The notes under the pieces were generated by a model. It saw nothing but the letters and a program-made list of their open reading frames with translations. It was not told the DNA's origin and ran no database searches. Positions 42,811-52,676 of a DNA stretch of 64,000 nt are shown one piece after another; within the stretch, counting starts at the first letter, position 1, and every line of letters starts with the position of its first letter. Both the position numbers and the translations under genes were made by a program. Source of the DNA: an uncultured Gammaproteobacteria bacterium (lineage in GTDB: Bacteria; Pseudomonadota; Gammaproteobacteria; Arenicellales; CAJQKF01); NCBI GenBank assembly GCA_965652415.1, contig CBFGVH010000002.1:17325-81324 (forward strand), in the 5' to 3' direction.

Positions 42811-44265
42811 ATGTGGAAGCCTGCTGAACGCATCCGCTGGCAATCCTCGCCAGGGCTCATACCGCCGCCCGCCGACATTGCCCGCTCGCGGCTGTTCGCG
42901 CCCCTCGAGCGCGGTCGCCTGCGCCTTCGCAACCGCACGTGGGTTCCGGCGATGGTACCTTGGAGGGCCACCGAGGAGGGTTACGTCACCGCCGAGAATC
43001 TCGACTGGTACGGGCGCTTCGCACGCGGGCGTCCCGCGGTCATCGTTATCGAGGCGACCGGTATTCGCGACGTTCCCTCCGGACCCCTGCTCAGGATCGG
43101 GCACGACCGGTTCGTTCCGGGCCTGACCCGGCTGGTCGACAGGATCCGCGAGGAAAGCGACGGACACACCCGGGTGTTCATCCAGCTCATCGATTTCCTG
43201 GCGATTCGCCGCAGGCCCGAACGCGGCAAGTTCCTGTCCCGCTACCTCGAGATGACTCCACGCCTGCGCGAGGCAGTCGGCTTGGCCGATGCGGACGATG
43301 AGGCCGTTCGCACCCGGCTTGCCGAACTCGATGACGACGCCCTGTCGGCGATTCTCGACCCGCGCGATTTCGAGTCGCTCACCCGCGGCTATCGCGAACG
43401 TGTCACGGACCTCGACCTTCCCCACGTGCGCGATCTGCCGGCCGTGTTACCGGAGCTGTTCGCCGCCGCCGCGCGGCGTGCCGAGCAAGCGGGCATGGAC
43501 GGCGTCGAACTCCATTATGCCCATGCCTACACCATGGCCTCGTTCCTGTCGGCCACCAACACCCGCGACGACGGCTACGGCGGCAGCCGCGACAACCGTG
43601 TGCGCCTGCCGCTCGAGGTGTTCCGCGCGGTGCGGGACGCGGTGGCGGACGACCTCGTCGTAGGGGCGCGGTTTTTGGCCGAGGAATGCATCGAGGGAGG
43701 CTCGCCTCTGCCGGACGTGTGCTTCTTCGCCGTCGAGTTCGCCCGCGCCGGCATGGATTTCCTGTCACTGTCGCGCGGCGGCAAGTTCGACGACGCCAAG
43801 CAGCCGCGCGTCGGGGACGCGGCCTACCCCTACACCGGCCCGAGCGGCTACGAGTGCATGCCCCAGTACCTCTCCGACTCGAGCGGCCCCTTCGGCCGCA
43901 ACTTCGCGGCCACCCGCGCCATTCGCGAAGCGGTCAGGTCGGCGGGGTTCGACACCCCCGTCGTCGGCGCCGGAGGCATTCACAACTTCGAGACCGCCGA
44001 GCGCGTGCTCGCCGACGGCATCGCCGACATCGTGGCATCGGCGCGCCAGGCCCTGGCCGATCCCGACTGGTACCTGAAGCTCGAAACCGGGCACGGCGAC
44101 GAGATCCGCACCTGCCAGTACACCAACTATTGCGAGGGCCTCGACCAGAAGCACAAGCAGGTGACCTGCCAGCTCTGGGACCGCCTCGATCTCGACGAGC
44201 CGGGCATCGCGAAGAGCCGCGACGGCAAGCGGCGACTGGTACCGCCGGCATGGAAGCCGGACTGA
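42811..44265 (+). CDS. Old-Yellow-Enzyme-family NADH:flavin oxidoreductase-like protein
   Basis: Motifs: LRNRTWVPAM, AGMDGVELHYAHAYTMASFLSATNTRDDGYGGSRDNRVRLPLEV, GGIHNFETAERVLADGIADIVASARQALADPDW. C-terminal C-x5-C-x11-C. ATG 42811 chosen; the track start is TTG 42721. Confidence 0.8.
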   Translation: MWKPAERIRWQSSPGLIPPPADIARSRLFAPLERGRLRLRNRTWVPAMVPWRATEEGYVTAENLDWYGRFARGRPAVIVIEATGIRDVPSGPLLRIGHDRFVPGLTRLVDRIREESDGHTRVFIQLIDFLAIRRRPERGKFLSRYLEMTPRLREAVGLADADDEAVRTRLAELDDDALSAILDPRDFESLTRGYRERVTDLDLPHVRDLPAVLPELFAAAARRAEQAGMDGVELHYAHAYTMASFLSATNTRDDGYGGSRDNRVRLPLEVFRAVRDAVADDLVVGARFLAEECIEGGSPLPDVCFFAVEFARAGMDFLSLSRGGKFDDAKQPRVGDAAYPYTGPSGYECMPQYLSDSSGPFGRNFAATRAIREAVRSAGFDTPVVGAGGIHNFETAERVLADGIADIVASARQALADPDWYLKLETGHGDEIRTCQYTNYCEGLDQKHKQVTCQLWDRLDLDEPGIAKSRDGKRRLVPPAWKPD

Positions 44266-45881
44266 AAGCCGCCGGCGAGGCGCGCTCGGCGCAGGTCGAC
44301 CGCTTCGTCCACGAGCGCCTGCCGCCGAGCGGGGAGTGGCCGCGGCTGTTGCTCCCGGACGAATTCGCGAGCAGCGTTCCGCTCAACTGCGTCGACCGCC
44401 TTGTCGACGAGCACGTTCGCGCGGGCCGGGCCGAGCGCCCGGCGTTGATCTCGTCGCACGGTACGATCACCTACGGCGAACTGCACCACATGATCGGCCG
44501 CATGGCGCACGTGCTCGTCGACGACTTCGGCATCGTGCCCGGCAACCGGGTGCTGCTGCGCGCACCGAATTCACCGACCCTGGCTGCGCTGTGGCTCGCG
44601 GTGCTGCGCACCGGCGCGGTGGCGGTAACCACGATGTCCCTGCTCAGGGCCGCCGAACTCGGCACCATCATCGACATGGCGCGGCCGGCCCTCGCCGTTT
44701 GCGACGCCGACCTCGCCGGGGAACTGGAGGCAGCGCTGGCCGCGAGCGGCTCCGAGTGCGCGCTCGTCACCTTCTCTGCGTCGGGCGGTGAACTCGCCGA
44801 GCGCATGCGCCGGCACGTTCCGACCTTTCCGCCCTGCCCCACAGCCAGCGACGACGTCGCGCTGATCGGCTTCACCTCCGGCACCACCGGCCGCCCCAAG
44901 GCCACGATCCACTTCCATCGCGACGTGATCGCCATCTGCGAGACCACGGCGCGCCACGTCATCCGGCCGGCGCACGACGACATATTCATCGGCACATCGC
45001 CGCTCGCTTTCACGTTCGGCCTCGGCGGGCTGGTTATCTTCCCCCTGTGGGCAGGCGCCGCGTCCGTGCTCGAGCCGCGCTACGGCGCCGAGTCCCTGGT
45101 CGAGGCCATCGGGCGGCACCGGGCGAGCGTGTGCTTCACCGTGCCCACCTTCTACCAGCGCATGGTTGCCGCCGTTTCCCCGCGCAGCGCAGCTTCTCTG
45201 CGCCTCGCGGTGTCGTCCGGCGAAGCGCTGCCGGTCCCGGTGCGCGAGGCCTGGCGCGAGGTCAGCGGCGTCGGACTGAGCGAACTGCTCGGCTCCACCG
45301 AGATGCTCCATGCCTTCGTCGGCGCCGTCGCCGACGAGGCGAAATGCGGGTACATCGGCCGCGCCATACCCGGCTACCGGGTGGCGGTACTGGATCCGGA
45401 CGGCAGGGCGCTGCCGGCTGGCGAGACCGGCGCCCTGGCAGTCGTCGGCCCCACCGGGTGCCGCTACCTCGACGACCCGAGGCAGCGCGACTACGTCCGC
45501 TTCGGCTGGAACGTGACCGGGGATGCCTGCGCCATCGACGAGGAGGGCTACGTCGCCTATCACTGCCGATTCGACGACATGATCATCTCGGCCGGCTACA
45601 ACATCTCGGCCGCCGAGGTGGAGAACGTCGTCCTCGAGCACCCGGACGTGGCCGAGTGCGCGGTGATCGGCACGCCCGACCCGGAACGCGGCGAGGTGGT
45701 GACGGCGTACGTCGTTCCCCGGTATCGCACGAACGAAGAGGACGTGTTCGCCGACGGGATTCGTCTTCACGTTCGAGAGCGCCTGGCGCCGTACAAGTAT
45801 CCGCGCAAGGTGTTCGTCGTAAGCAAGCTTCCGCGCAACGAATCCGGAAAGCTGCAGAGGTTCCGGCTGCGAAGCGCCTGA
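44250..45881 (+). CDS. AMP-dependent aryl/acyl-CoA ligase (benzoate/aminobenzoate-CoA ligase-like)
   Basis: Adenylation motifs FTSGTTGRPKA, GYIGRAIPGY, GDAC..DEEGY, and PRNESGKLQR. ATG 44250 overlaps the upstream gene by 16 nt. Confidence 0.85.
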   Translation: MEAGLKAAGEARSAQVDRFVHERLPPSGEWPRLLLPDEFASSVPLNCVDRLVDEHVRAGRAERPALISSHGTITYGELHHMIGRMAHVLVDDFGIVPGNRVLLRAPNSPTLAALWLAVLRTGAVAVTTMSLLRAAELGTIIDMARPALAVCDADLAGELEAALAASGSECALVTFSASGGELAERMRRHVPTFPPCPTASDDVALIGFTSGTTGRPKATIHFHRDVIAICETTARHVIRPAHDDIFIGTSPLAFTFGLGGLVIFPLWAGAASVLEPRYGAESLVEAIGRHRASVCFTVPTFYQRMVAAVSPRSAASLRLAVSSGEALPVPVREAWREVSGVGLSELLGSTEMLHAFVGAVADEAKCGYIGRAIPGYRVAVLDPDGRALPAGETGALAVVGPTGCRYLDDPRQRDYVRFGWNVTGDACAIDEEGYVAYHCRFDDMIISAGYNISAAEVENVVLEHPDVAECAVIGTPDPERGEVVTAYVVPRYRTNEEDVFADGIRLHVRERLAPYKYPRKVFVVSKLPRNESGKLQRFRLRSA

Positions 45882-45991
45882 TCGGTCCCCCGGCAGGCAC
45901 AGGCTTGAAGCGTGTAGAATCGGGTATCGTGACGACCGATTCCCGGCCGGTTCGCCCGGCCGGCAGACCCGAGTGACCGCTGGAGAACCCC

Positions 45992-46627
45992 ATGAACCGC
46001 AACCGGATCTCGTGCCGCACCATCGCCCTTCTCGCCGCCCTCAGCGCCTTTTCCGCCGCCCCGGCGGTGCAGGCCCTGGGCCCGCTCGACGCCGAGGCCG
46101 GTGTGCTGTGGTGGAGCCACGACGTCGACACCGCCGATCTCGGCAGCAGTGATGCCGACGGCACCGGCGCCTATGCCGAACTCTGGTGGGCCGAGGGCTG
46201 GGGTCTTGCCGCTGACTACTACAAGTCCGACCCTGACCGGCGCGGTTTCGGCGACACGACCGATTTCTCGGTGGACGTGAAGCGGCGGGTGCTGTCGCCG
46301 ACGGAGAACAACTTCATCGCTTTGGGCGTCGGCTGGCAGGACGCCGAGCTGGTCGGCGGCCACACCACCGAGGGCGTGCGCCTCACCGCCGACGCGCGCG
46401 TCGGCCTCGGGATCCTGCACGCCTACGGCCGGGCGGTGTGGATGCCCGACCTCGGTGACGCCGGGCCGCGCGACGACATCAGCGGTCACGAGTACCAGGT
46501 CGGCGTGTCGTTCACGCCGTTTCCGTTCCTCAACCTGCGCGCCGGCTACCGGATCCGGGAGCTCGATTACGACGGCGGATCCGAGGAAGCCGACGGCTAT
46601 CTCCTTGCCGGCGCCATCCACTTCTGA
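45992..46627 (+). CDS. outer-membrane beta-barrel protein (hypothetical)
   Basis: Signal peptide MNRNRISCRTIALLAALSAFSAAPAVQA, alternating strands, and a C-terminal LLAGAIHF. Confidence 0.6.
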   Translation: MNRNRISCRTIALLAALSAFSAAPAVQALGPLDAEAGVLWWSHDVDTADLGSSDADGTGAYAELWWAEGWGLAADYYKSDPDRRGFGDTTDFSVDVKRRVLSPTENNFIALGVGWQDAELVGGHTTEGVRLTADARVGLGILHAYGRAVWMPDLGDAGPRDDISGHEYQVGVSFTPFPFLNLRAGYRIRELDYDGGSEEADGYLLAGAIHF

Positions 46628-46645
46628 CGCCGGCGGCGCGCGCCG

Positions 46646-47263
46646 CTACTCGACGCCGGAGAGCGCCGCCGCCTCGACCATGCCCACGTAGGCGGTCTTG
46701 CTTTCGGCGGTGCGAAACACGTGCACCGTACCGGGCGCGTGTTCGACGCTGGTCTTGAGCAGGCGGTTGACGTTGACCCCGTGGGAGACCAGCAGCACGT
46801 TGGCCTCATCGGGAGCACCGGTAGTCACCAGGGCCCGAAGGCGCGCGACCTCGTCGGCGTCGGAGGTCTCGGCGCCGACCGGGTTCAGGTCGGGGTTCAC
46901 CGCGACATCCCCGAAGCCGAGCAGTTCTGCCGTTTGCCGGGCGACGCAGCGCTCGCTCGACTCGACGCGAGCCACCGGTATGCCGAGGCGGCGAAACTCC
47001 TCGCCGATCCGCTTCGCCAGTGCGCGTCCCTCCTCGCCCAGCTCGTCACTGTCGCACTCGGTTCGTTCCGGCTCGCCGGCCGCCGCGTGCTGCAGCACCA
47101 CGACGTGTCCCCCCTGGCGCAGGTCGCCGGCCGCGGTGCTCGGCGTCCACTTTCGCACACCCGCCGTTTCCTGGGCGGCAAGCGGCATGCTCGCCAGGGC
47201 CAGCGTCAGGACGAGGGAGATCAGCGTGATGCGACTGCTGCGGCAGGGATGTTCACGGGTCAT
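46646..47263 (-). CDS. secreted histidine-phosphatase-superfamily protein (atypical QH instead of RH)
   Basis: Signal peptide. VVVLQHAAAG in place of the RHG/RHA motif. LLVSHGVNV is the distal His motif. Confidence 0.5.
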   Translation of the reverse strand: MTREHPCRSSRITLISLVLTLALASMPLAAQETAGVRKWTPSTAAGDLRQGGHVVVLQHAAAGEPERTECDSDELGEEGRALAKRIGEEFRRLGIPVARVESSERCVARQTAELLGFGDVAVNPDLNPVGAETSDADEVARLRALVTTGAPDEANVLLVSHGVNVNRLLKTSVEHAPGTVHVFRTAESKTAYVGMVEAAALSGVE

Positions 47264-47374
47264 CGGACAGCTCCGGGAGTCGGGTGTTTGGCGGTACTCG
47301 GCGCCGGCAGGCGCCGCCTGTCGGACATTCTACCAACTCGCCTCGCCGTGTCGTCGGGACCGTCGAGCGGTTCC

Positions 47375-47391
47375 TTGACGTTTTTTTGACG
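47375..47391 (+). repeat. TTGACG direct repeat x2 at 11-bp spacing (candidate SARP/OmpR-type box)
   Basis: TTGACG-TTTTT-TTGACG read directly, about 100 bp upstream of the TPR gene ATG at 47492. Confidence 0.4.
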
Positions 47392-47491
47392 ACATCGGCG
47401 ACGGTTGGCGGACGGCGGCCCCGTACGCTCTCCCCCGTCGCGCCGCAGTGCGCGGCCCCGATGAATCCGGAACTTCTATGGAGAGTTGACC

Positions 47492-48838
47492 ATGACCACC
47501 AACCCGACCACCCGCACCGACGCCCGCGGCGTGCCCGTCTCGGCCTGCCAGCCGCGCTCGCTGGAGGCGTACGAGAAGGCGCTGCACCAGTTCCAGAGCT
47601 ACTTCGGCGACCCGACCGAGACCCTCTCCGCCGCCGTCGAAGAAGACCCCGGCTTCGTGCTCGGCCACGTCTTCAACGCCAGCGCCATGCTGATGATGAG
47701 CGAGCGCCAGTATCTGCCCGCGGTTCGCGAGAGTATCGAGAAAGCCGAGGCCCTGGCAGACAAGGCGAACGACCGCGAGCGCATGCTGACCGCCGCCGCG
47801 CGGCACTTCATGGAAGGCCGCTGGGACAAGGCAGGGGCGGCGTGGGACCGCGTGCTTGCCGCCTGGCCGCGCGACGCGCTGGCCGTCCAGTGCGGACACT
47901 TGACTGACTTCTACCTCGGCGACGCCGTCAACCTGCGCGACCGCATCGGCCGCGTCATCGGTCACTTCGACCGCGACATGCCCGGTTATTCCTACATCCT
48001 CGGCATGCAGGCCTTCGGCTTCGAGGAATGCAACCAGTTCGACCGCGCCGAGGCCGCGGCACGCGCGGCGCTGGATATCGAGCGTCGGGACGGCTGGACC
48101 GTGCACGCCCTCACCCACGTGATGGAGATGCAGAACCGGGTCGACGAGGGCAAGGCCCTGCTCTCCTCGCGGGTCGCGGACTGGGCGCCGGACAACGGCT
48201 TCGCCTTCCACAACTGGTGGCACCTCGCCCTGTTCCACATCGAGCAGGAGGACTTCGCCGGGGCGCTCGACCTGTTCGACCGGCAGATCATGCCGGCAGA
48301 CTCCGACGTGTCCCTGCAGCTTGTCGATGCCACCGCCCTGTTGTGGCGCCTCTACCTGCACGGCGTGAACGTGAGCGAGCGCTTCGGACGGGTGGCCGAG
48401 ATGTGGGCCCGAAAGACCCCGGTCGAAAACGGCTACTACGCCTTCAACGATCTGCACGCGGTTATCGCCTTCGCCGCGTCGGGCCGCACCGACGCGGCGC
48501 GCGAGGTGCTGGCCGAGGTCAGGGCGGCGGCGTCGGGCAACCCCGAGTTGACGCGCATGATGGCCAGGGACATCGGCATCCCGACCTGCACCGCCGCCAT
48601 CGCCTTCGCCGAGGGTCGTTACGCGGAAGCCGTGGCGCAGCTGATGCCTGTTCGCAGCATCGCCAACCGCTTCGGCGGCAGCAACGCCCAGCGCGACATT
48701 CTCACCCAGACCCTGCTGGAGGCGGCGATCCGCGCCGGCGAGCGCGGGGTCGCGAGCAACGTTCTGAACGAGCGCTCGGTACACCGTCCCATGAGTCCCA
48801 TGACCCGGCGCTACCGCGGCAAGTTGTACCAGTACTGA
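47492..48838 (+). CDS. TTC38-like tetratricopeptide repeat protein
   Basis: GGAGA SD 8 nt before ATG 47492. Motifs: FVLGHVFNASAMLMMS, GWTVHALTHVMEMQNRVDEG, FAFHNWWHLALFHIEQ. Confidence 0.7.
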   Translation: MTTNPTTRTDARGVPVSACQPRSLEAYEKALHQFQSYFGDPTETLSAAVEEDPGFVLGHVFNASAMLMMSERQYLPAVRESIEKAEALADKANDRERMLTAAARHFMEGRWDKAGAAWDRVLAAWPRDALAVQCGHLTDFYLGDAVNLRDRIGRVIGHFDRDMPGYSYILGMQAFGFEECNQFDRAEAAARAALDIERRDGWTVHALTHVMEMQNRVDEGKALLSSRVADWAPDNGFAFHNWWHLALFHIEQEDFAGALDLFDRQIMPADSDVSLQLVDATALLWRLYLHGVNVSERFGRVAEMWARKTPVENGYYAFNDLHAVIAFAASGRTDAAREVLAEVRAAASGNPELTRMMARDIGIPTCTAAIAFAEGRYAEAVAQLMPVRSIANRFGGSNAQRDILTQTLLEAAIRAGERGVASNVLNERSVHRPMSPMTRRYRGKLYQY

Positions 48839-48878
48839 TCCGCGCAAGGGGAGCCTGCGGGCTCCCCTTCGCTCTCGT

Positions 48879-51800
48879 TCAGGGAGCGAATCGCCGGCGC
48901 AACTCCTCGTGGTCGGGCACGTCGAGTCCTTCGTGGGCGGCCCGAAGGGCCTCGAGCTCGCACCGGAGCTGCCCGTCGCGGGGTGACTGGGCGAGCGTGA
49001 CCATCAGTTCGCCGCGGCGTCGGTGGTACGCCGCCATTGGAATGTCCCGGCCTTCGAGGTATGTCCCCAGGGCCTCCACGTAGCGCTGCGCGGCGTCGGG
49101 GTCGCCGTCGAGGAGCATGCGGTCGATGGCGTACTGGTAGAAGTGCACGTGGTTGTGGGACACACACTCGATCTCCCGGAAAATGGTCTCACCTTCCTGG
49201 AGCAGCGCGCGCGCGCCGGCGGTATCCGGTGCGAAACGGGCGGCGACCGCCAGCAGCCACGGCCCCGCGTACGCGGGACGAAGTTCCACCATGCGGCGCG
49301 CCGCCTCCAGCGCCTGGCGGAAGCCGCTCTCCGCGTCGCCCAGAACGCAGCTGAAATGCCCGATGGCGCAAAGCGCCTCGTTCTCGAATCGCACCGAGCC
49401 CACCGAGCGGCTGATCTGCAGCGCCTGCCCGGCGTAATCCAGCGCCCGTCGCGCATCGCCAAGCTGGTAGACGATTTGCGCGAGGATGCCGGCAATGATC
49501 GCCTCGTGCCGACGATGCCCGGCCGCTCGCGCCAGCTCGTGTGCACGGCGGGTGCCGTCAAGTGCGTCGTGGACCCGGCACAGGTAGTTGTTGCAGCAGG
49601 CCAGCATCGCCAGGTTGATGGCGGCATGCTGCTTGCGGTCGTGCTCGGCGGCAAGCTTGTAGCTCGATTCGAACAGCTCTGCGGCCTGGGTCATCTGGCC
49701 CTGTTGGTAACAGGCGTCGGCCATGGTGCTTGTCGCCTCGATCTCGAGGTCGACGCTGCCGGCGGCGCGCGCCCGGTGCATGGCGTTCTCGCCGTGGTGA
49801 ACGCAGCGATCGACGAAGCCGCGCGCAAACGCGATGCGGCTGCGCACGATGTCGACCCGGGCCTGGATTTCGGCGTCGAGGCCGTCCGCGGCGCGTTCGA
49901 GGGCGTCGAGCCGTTCGAGGGCGTCGTCGTACCGGTCGAGCACGATCAGGGCATCGGCGAGCCCGACCACCGCCGCCGGCGAGTGCGCCAGTTCCAGCGT
50001 CCGCTCGTAGGCTTGCACCGCCTTTGCCGTGGCGCCCGTCGTCTGCAGTACCCGCGCCTTCATGTGCAGGAACTTCGCCGACTGCGGGTTCTGCGCCAGG
50101 GCCCGGTCGGCCAGCGCCAGGACGCGATCGTACTCGTGAAACGAAAACAACCGCTCGCAGACCTTGAGACAGGCGGCCTCGGAGTCATCCAGGCCGGCCT
50201 CCGTGGCATGCCACGCGTACTGGACGTCGTCGACCTGCCGAAAGTATTCCGCCGCCAGCCGGTGGAGCTCGCGGCGCTCGTCGGTCAGCATCTGGTCGAT
50301 GATGCCGCGGTGCACGAGATCGTGGAGGAAGCGGCCTTCGTCAGCCGAGATGATGACCATCGCCCGCGCCATCAGACCATCCAATTCATGTTCCACGGGA
50401 CCGACCATGGCGGCCAGGGCTTGCACGCTGAAACGCGGACCGAGCACCGCCACCGCGCGCACCACGCGCCGCTCCGGCACCGGCATCGCGTCGAGCCGGG
50501 AGGCGACGATGCTCTGGATGCTGTCCGGCAGGGAGCGATCGCCGTGATCGGTGGCAAGCAGCAGTTGCTCCAGGAACAGCGGGTTGCCGCCGCTTCGCGC
50601 GACGCAGTCGTCGAGACGGGGATGGTCCGAGCCGGCGAGGCGCTCGGCCAGCTGGCGGCAGGCCTCCTTCGCCAGCGGCTGCAGGTCGATGGTGGTCATC
50701 GGCGCGCCGCCCATGGCGCCGCGCCAGGCCGCGCTGAGGGCCTCGCCCTCGAGCCGGCTGGTCATGATCAGCACCAGGCGAAGGCGGGTAGTCAGTCCCG
50801 CGAGCGAGGCCAGCAACGCCAGCAGGTGGCCGCCGGCGAGGTGAATGTTCTCCACCAGGAGCACCAGCGGTCGTTCGCGACAGGCGTGCTCGACCATCGC
50901 CTCCACGAGGCGCCGGTCGTAGGCGGCCAGTTCTTCGACATCGACGGCTTCGAAGAACTGCCGCCGGGCGACCTCGTCGTTCGTGATCAGCAACCCGGCG
51001 TATCGGAGCAGTTCCGGCTCTGCGTCGAGCGCTGCCGCAAGCCCGTCGAGCGGTTCGTACGATGGGGCCGCGGCCGTCGCGGAGCCGGGGTCCTCGACGA
51101 TGGCCCGGGCGAGGAACTCCACCAGGCTCTCATCGGCCCCGGCGCCGTCGTCGACCCGGTATAGCAGGCAGGTGTCGCCGCCGGCCTTCGCGGCATCGAG
51201 GGCCTTGTGTGCCAACCGCGTCTTGCCGATGCCGGCGTCGCCGCGCAGCATGAACACGTGGCCGTGGCCCCCTTCCCGGCACAGTTCGAGCATCATGGCT
51301 AGCTGTGTCAACTCGATCCGGCGGCCGACGAACCCGGGCAGGGGGCGCACCGGACGGTTGAAATCGACCGAGTCGAGCCGCCACACCGGTACCTGGCCGG
51401 GCAGCGGCAGGCCCACGGGGCCGCTGACGGCGACATGATCGATACAGCTCAGGCGCACCGGGTCGGAAATCAGCACGCAGCGTTCCTCGCCCAGCGACGA
51501 CATGAGCTCGACCTGCCGAAGCACGGCGCCGCTCAGCCTTTCGATGCTATCCACACCATCGGTTGAATCGCCGAAATACACCACGGCGCGCCCGGACGCC
51601 ACCGCCAGCGCGGCACTCTCGGCGGCTGCCAGTTCTCGCGCCGCACGCAACGCCCGCAGGCTGTCGTTGGAACTGCTTCGCGGGCAGCCGAACACCAGCA
51701 CCACCCCGTGGCTGCCGCGTACCGGGTCGGCGAGGGAGTAGCGGCGGGCGGTTTCCGTGGCCAGGCGCGTCAACCGGTCGAGTTCGCGGTCCTCGGCAAG

Positions 51801-52661
51801 CGGATCGGGCGTCGCGCCGGGACCGGGCGCGAGCGCCAGCAGCGTAACCTGCCTGAGTTCGGTGCGGCGCGCGCTACCCGAGTGCTCCGCGGCCCCATTA
51901 CCGGCGGTGCCGGTTGGCAGGGGCACCGCGCGCGAGCGCTCGCTCATCAATCCTGCCTTGAGAAGCTCGGTCTCGCGCGAAGGAGCCACTTGAAGTTCGC
52001 GCTCGAGTATCGCGCGGCACTGGCGATATTGCTGCAGTGCGTCCGGAATGCGGCCCAGCGCCGCGTAACATCGCATCAACGTGCGATGCAGGTCCTCACG
52101 CAGCGGCTCGAGCGCCACCAGCCGGATGCCGAGACGGACCGCATCGGCGAATCGTTTTTCCGCGATCGCCGATTCCACGGCCCGTTCGAAGCACTCCGAG
52201 GCAACACGGCGATAGTGCTCGCGCCGTTCGAACAGCCAGTCGTCGAACGGCGGCGAGTTGACGCTCAGCCCCTCCAGGAACTCGCCGCGCCAGGTGTCCA
52301 GCAGCCAGCGCTCGCGATCCCCGCTGCCGTGCGCCCGGTGTTCGAGCTCGAGGGCATCGACACGGATCACGCCGGGGCGCAATTCGACGGCATCGTGGCC
52401 GGCAACGAGCGCCGCGGCGATCTCGGGGCACGCCTTGCGCAGTGCCGACAGGATCTGGCGCAGGCTGTGCCGCGCCTGGTTGTCGCTCGAGTCGCCCCAC
52501 AACAGTGCCGCGAGACGGTCGCGGGAGTGCCCCTGGCCCGGTTGCACGCCGAGGTAGGCGATCAGGGCGCGCGCCTTCTTCACGGCAATCGTGACCGGTT
52601 CCCCGTTGGCACGGGTCAGTTCGAAGCCGCCGAACAGGAGCAGCGACAGTTTCTCCTTCAT
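48879..52661 (-). CDS. SARP-type winged-helix + BTAD / degenerate cyclase-homology / STAND ATPase / TPR regulator
   Basis: - N-terminus LSLLLFGGFELTRANGEPV...KARALIAYLG...HSRDRLAALLW (OmpR-type DNA-binding domain).
- BTAD: LEPLREDLHRTLMRCYAALGRIPDALQQYRQCRAILERELQVAPSRET.
- Cyclase-like block at residues 266-430.
- Walker A GDAGIGKT.
- Long TPR tail. Confidence 0.8.
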   Translation of the reverse strand: MKEKLSLLLFGGFELTRANGEPVTIAVKKARALIAYLGVQPGQGHSRDRLAALLWGDSSDNQARHSLRQILSALRKACPEIAAALVAGHDAVELRPGVIRVDALELEHRAHGSGDRERWLLDTWRGEFLEGLSVNSPPFDDWLFERREHYRRVASECFERAVESAIAEKRFADAVRLGIRLVALEPLREDLHRTLMRCYAALGRIPDALQQYRQCRAILERELQVAPSRETELLKAGLMSERSRAVPLPTGTAGNGAAEHSGSARRTELRQVTLLALAPGPGATPDPLAEDRELDRLTRLATETARRYSLADPVRGSHGVVLVFGCPRSSSNDSLRALRAARELAAAESAALAVASGRAVVYFGDSTDGVDSIERLSGAVLRQVELMSSLGEERCVLISDPVRLSCIDHVAVSGPVGLPLPGQVPVWRLDSVDFNRPVRPLPGFVGRRIELTQLAMMLELCREGGHGHVFMLRGDAGIGKTRLAHKALDAAKAGGDTCLLYRVDDGAGADESLVEFLARAIVEDPGSATAAAPSYEPLDGLAAALDAEPELLRYAGLLITNDEVARRQFFEAVDVEELAAYDRRLVEAMVEHACRERPLVLLVENIHLAGGHLLALLASLAGLTTRLRLVLIMTSRLEGEALSAAWRGAMGGAPMTTIDLQPLAKEACRQLAERLAGSDHPRLDDCVARSGGNPLFLEQLLLATDHGDRSLPDSIQSIVASRLDAMPVPERRVVRAVAVLGPRFSVQALAAMVGPVEHELDGLMARAMVIISADEGRFLHDLVHRGIIDQMLTDERRELHRLAAEYFRQVDDVQYAWHATEAGLDDSEAACLKVCERLFSFHEYDRVLALADRALAQNPQSAKFLHMKARVLQTTGATAKAVQAYERTLELAHSPAAVVGLADALIVLDRYDDALERLDALERAADGLDAEIQARVDIVRSRIAFARGFVDRCVHHGENAMHRARAAGSVDLEIEATSTMADACYQQGQMTQAAELFESSYKLAAEHDRKQHAAINLAMLACCNNYLCRVHDALDGTRRAHELARAAGHRRHEAIIAGILAQIVYQLGDARRALDYAGQALQISRSVGSVRFENEALCAIGHFSCVLGDAESGFRQALEAARRMVELRPAYAGPWLLAVAARFAPDTAGARALLQEGETIFREIECVSHNHVHFYQYAIDRMLLDGDPDAAQRYVEALGTYLEGRDIPMAAYHRRRGELMVTLAQSPRDGQLRCELEALRAAHEGLDVPDHEELRRRFAP

Positions 52662-52676
52662 CGATCCATGGGTGAG

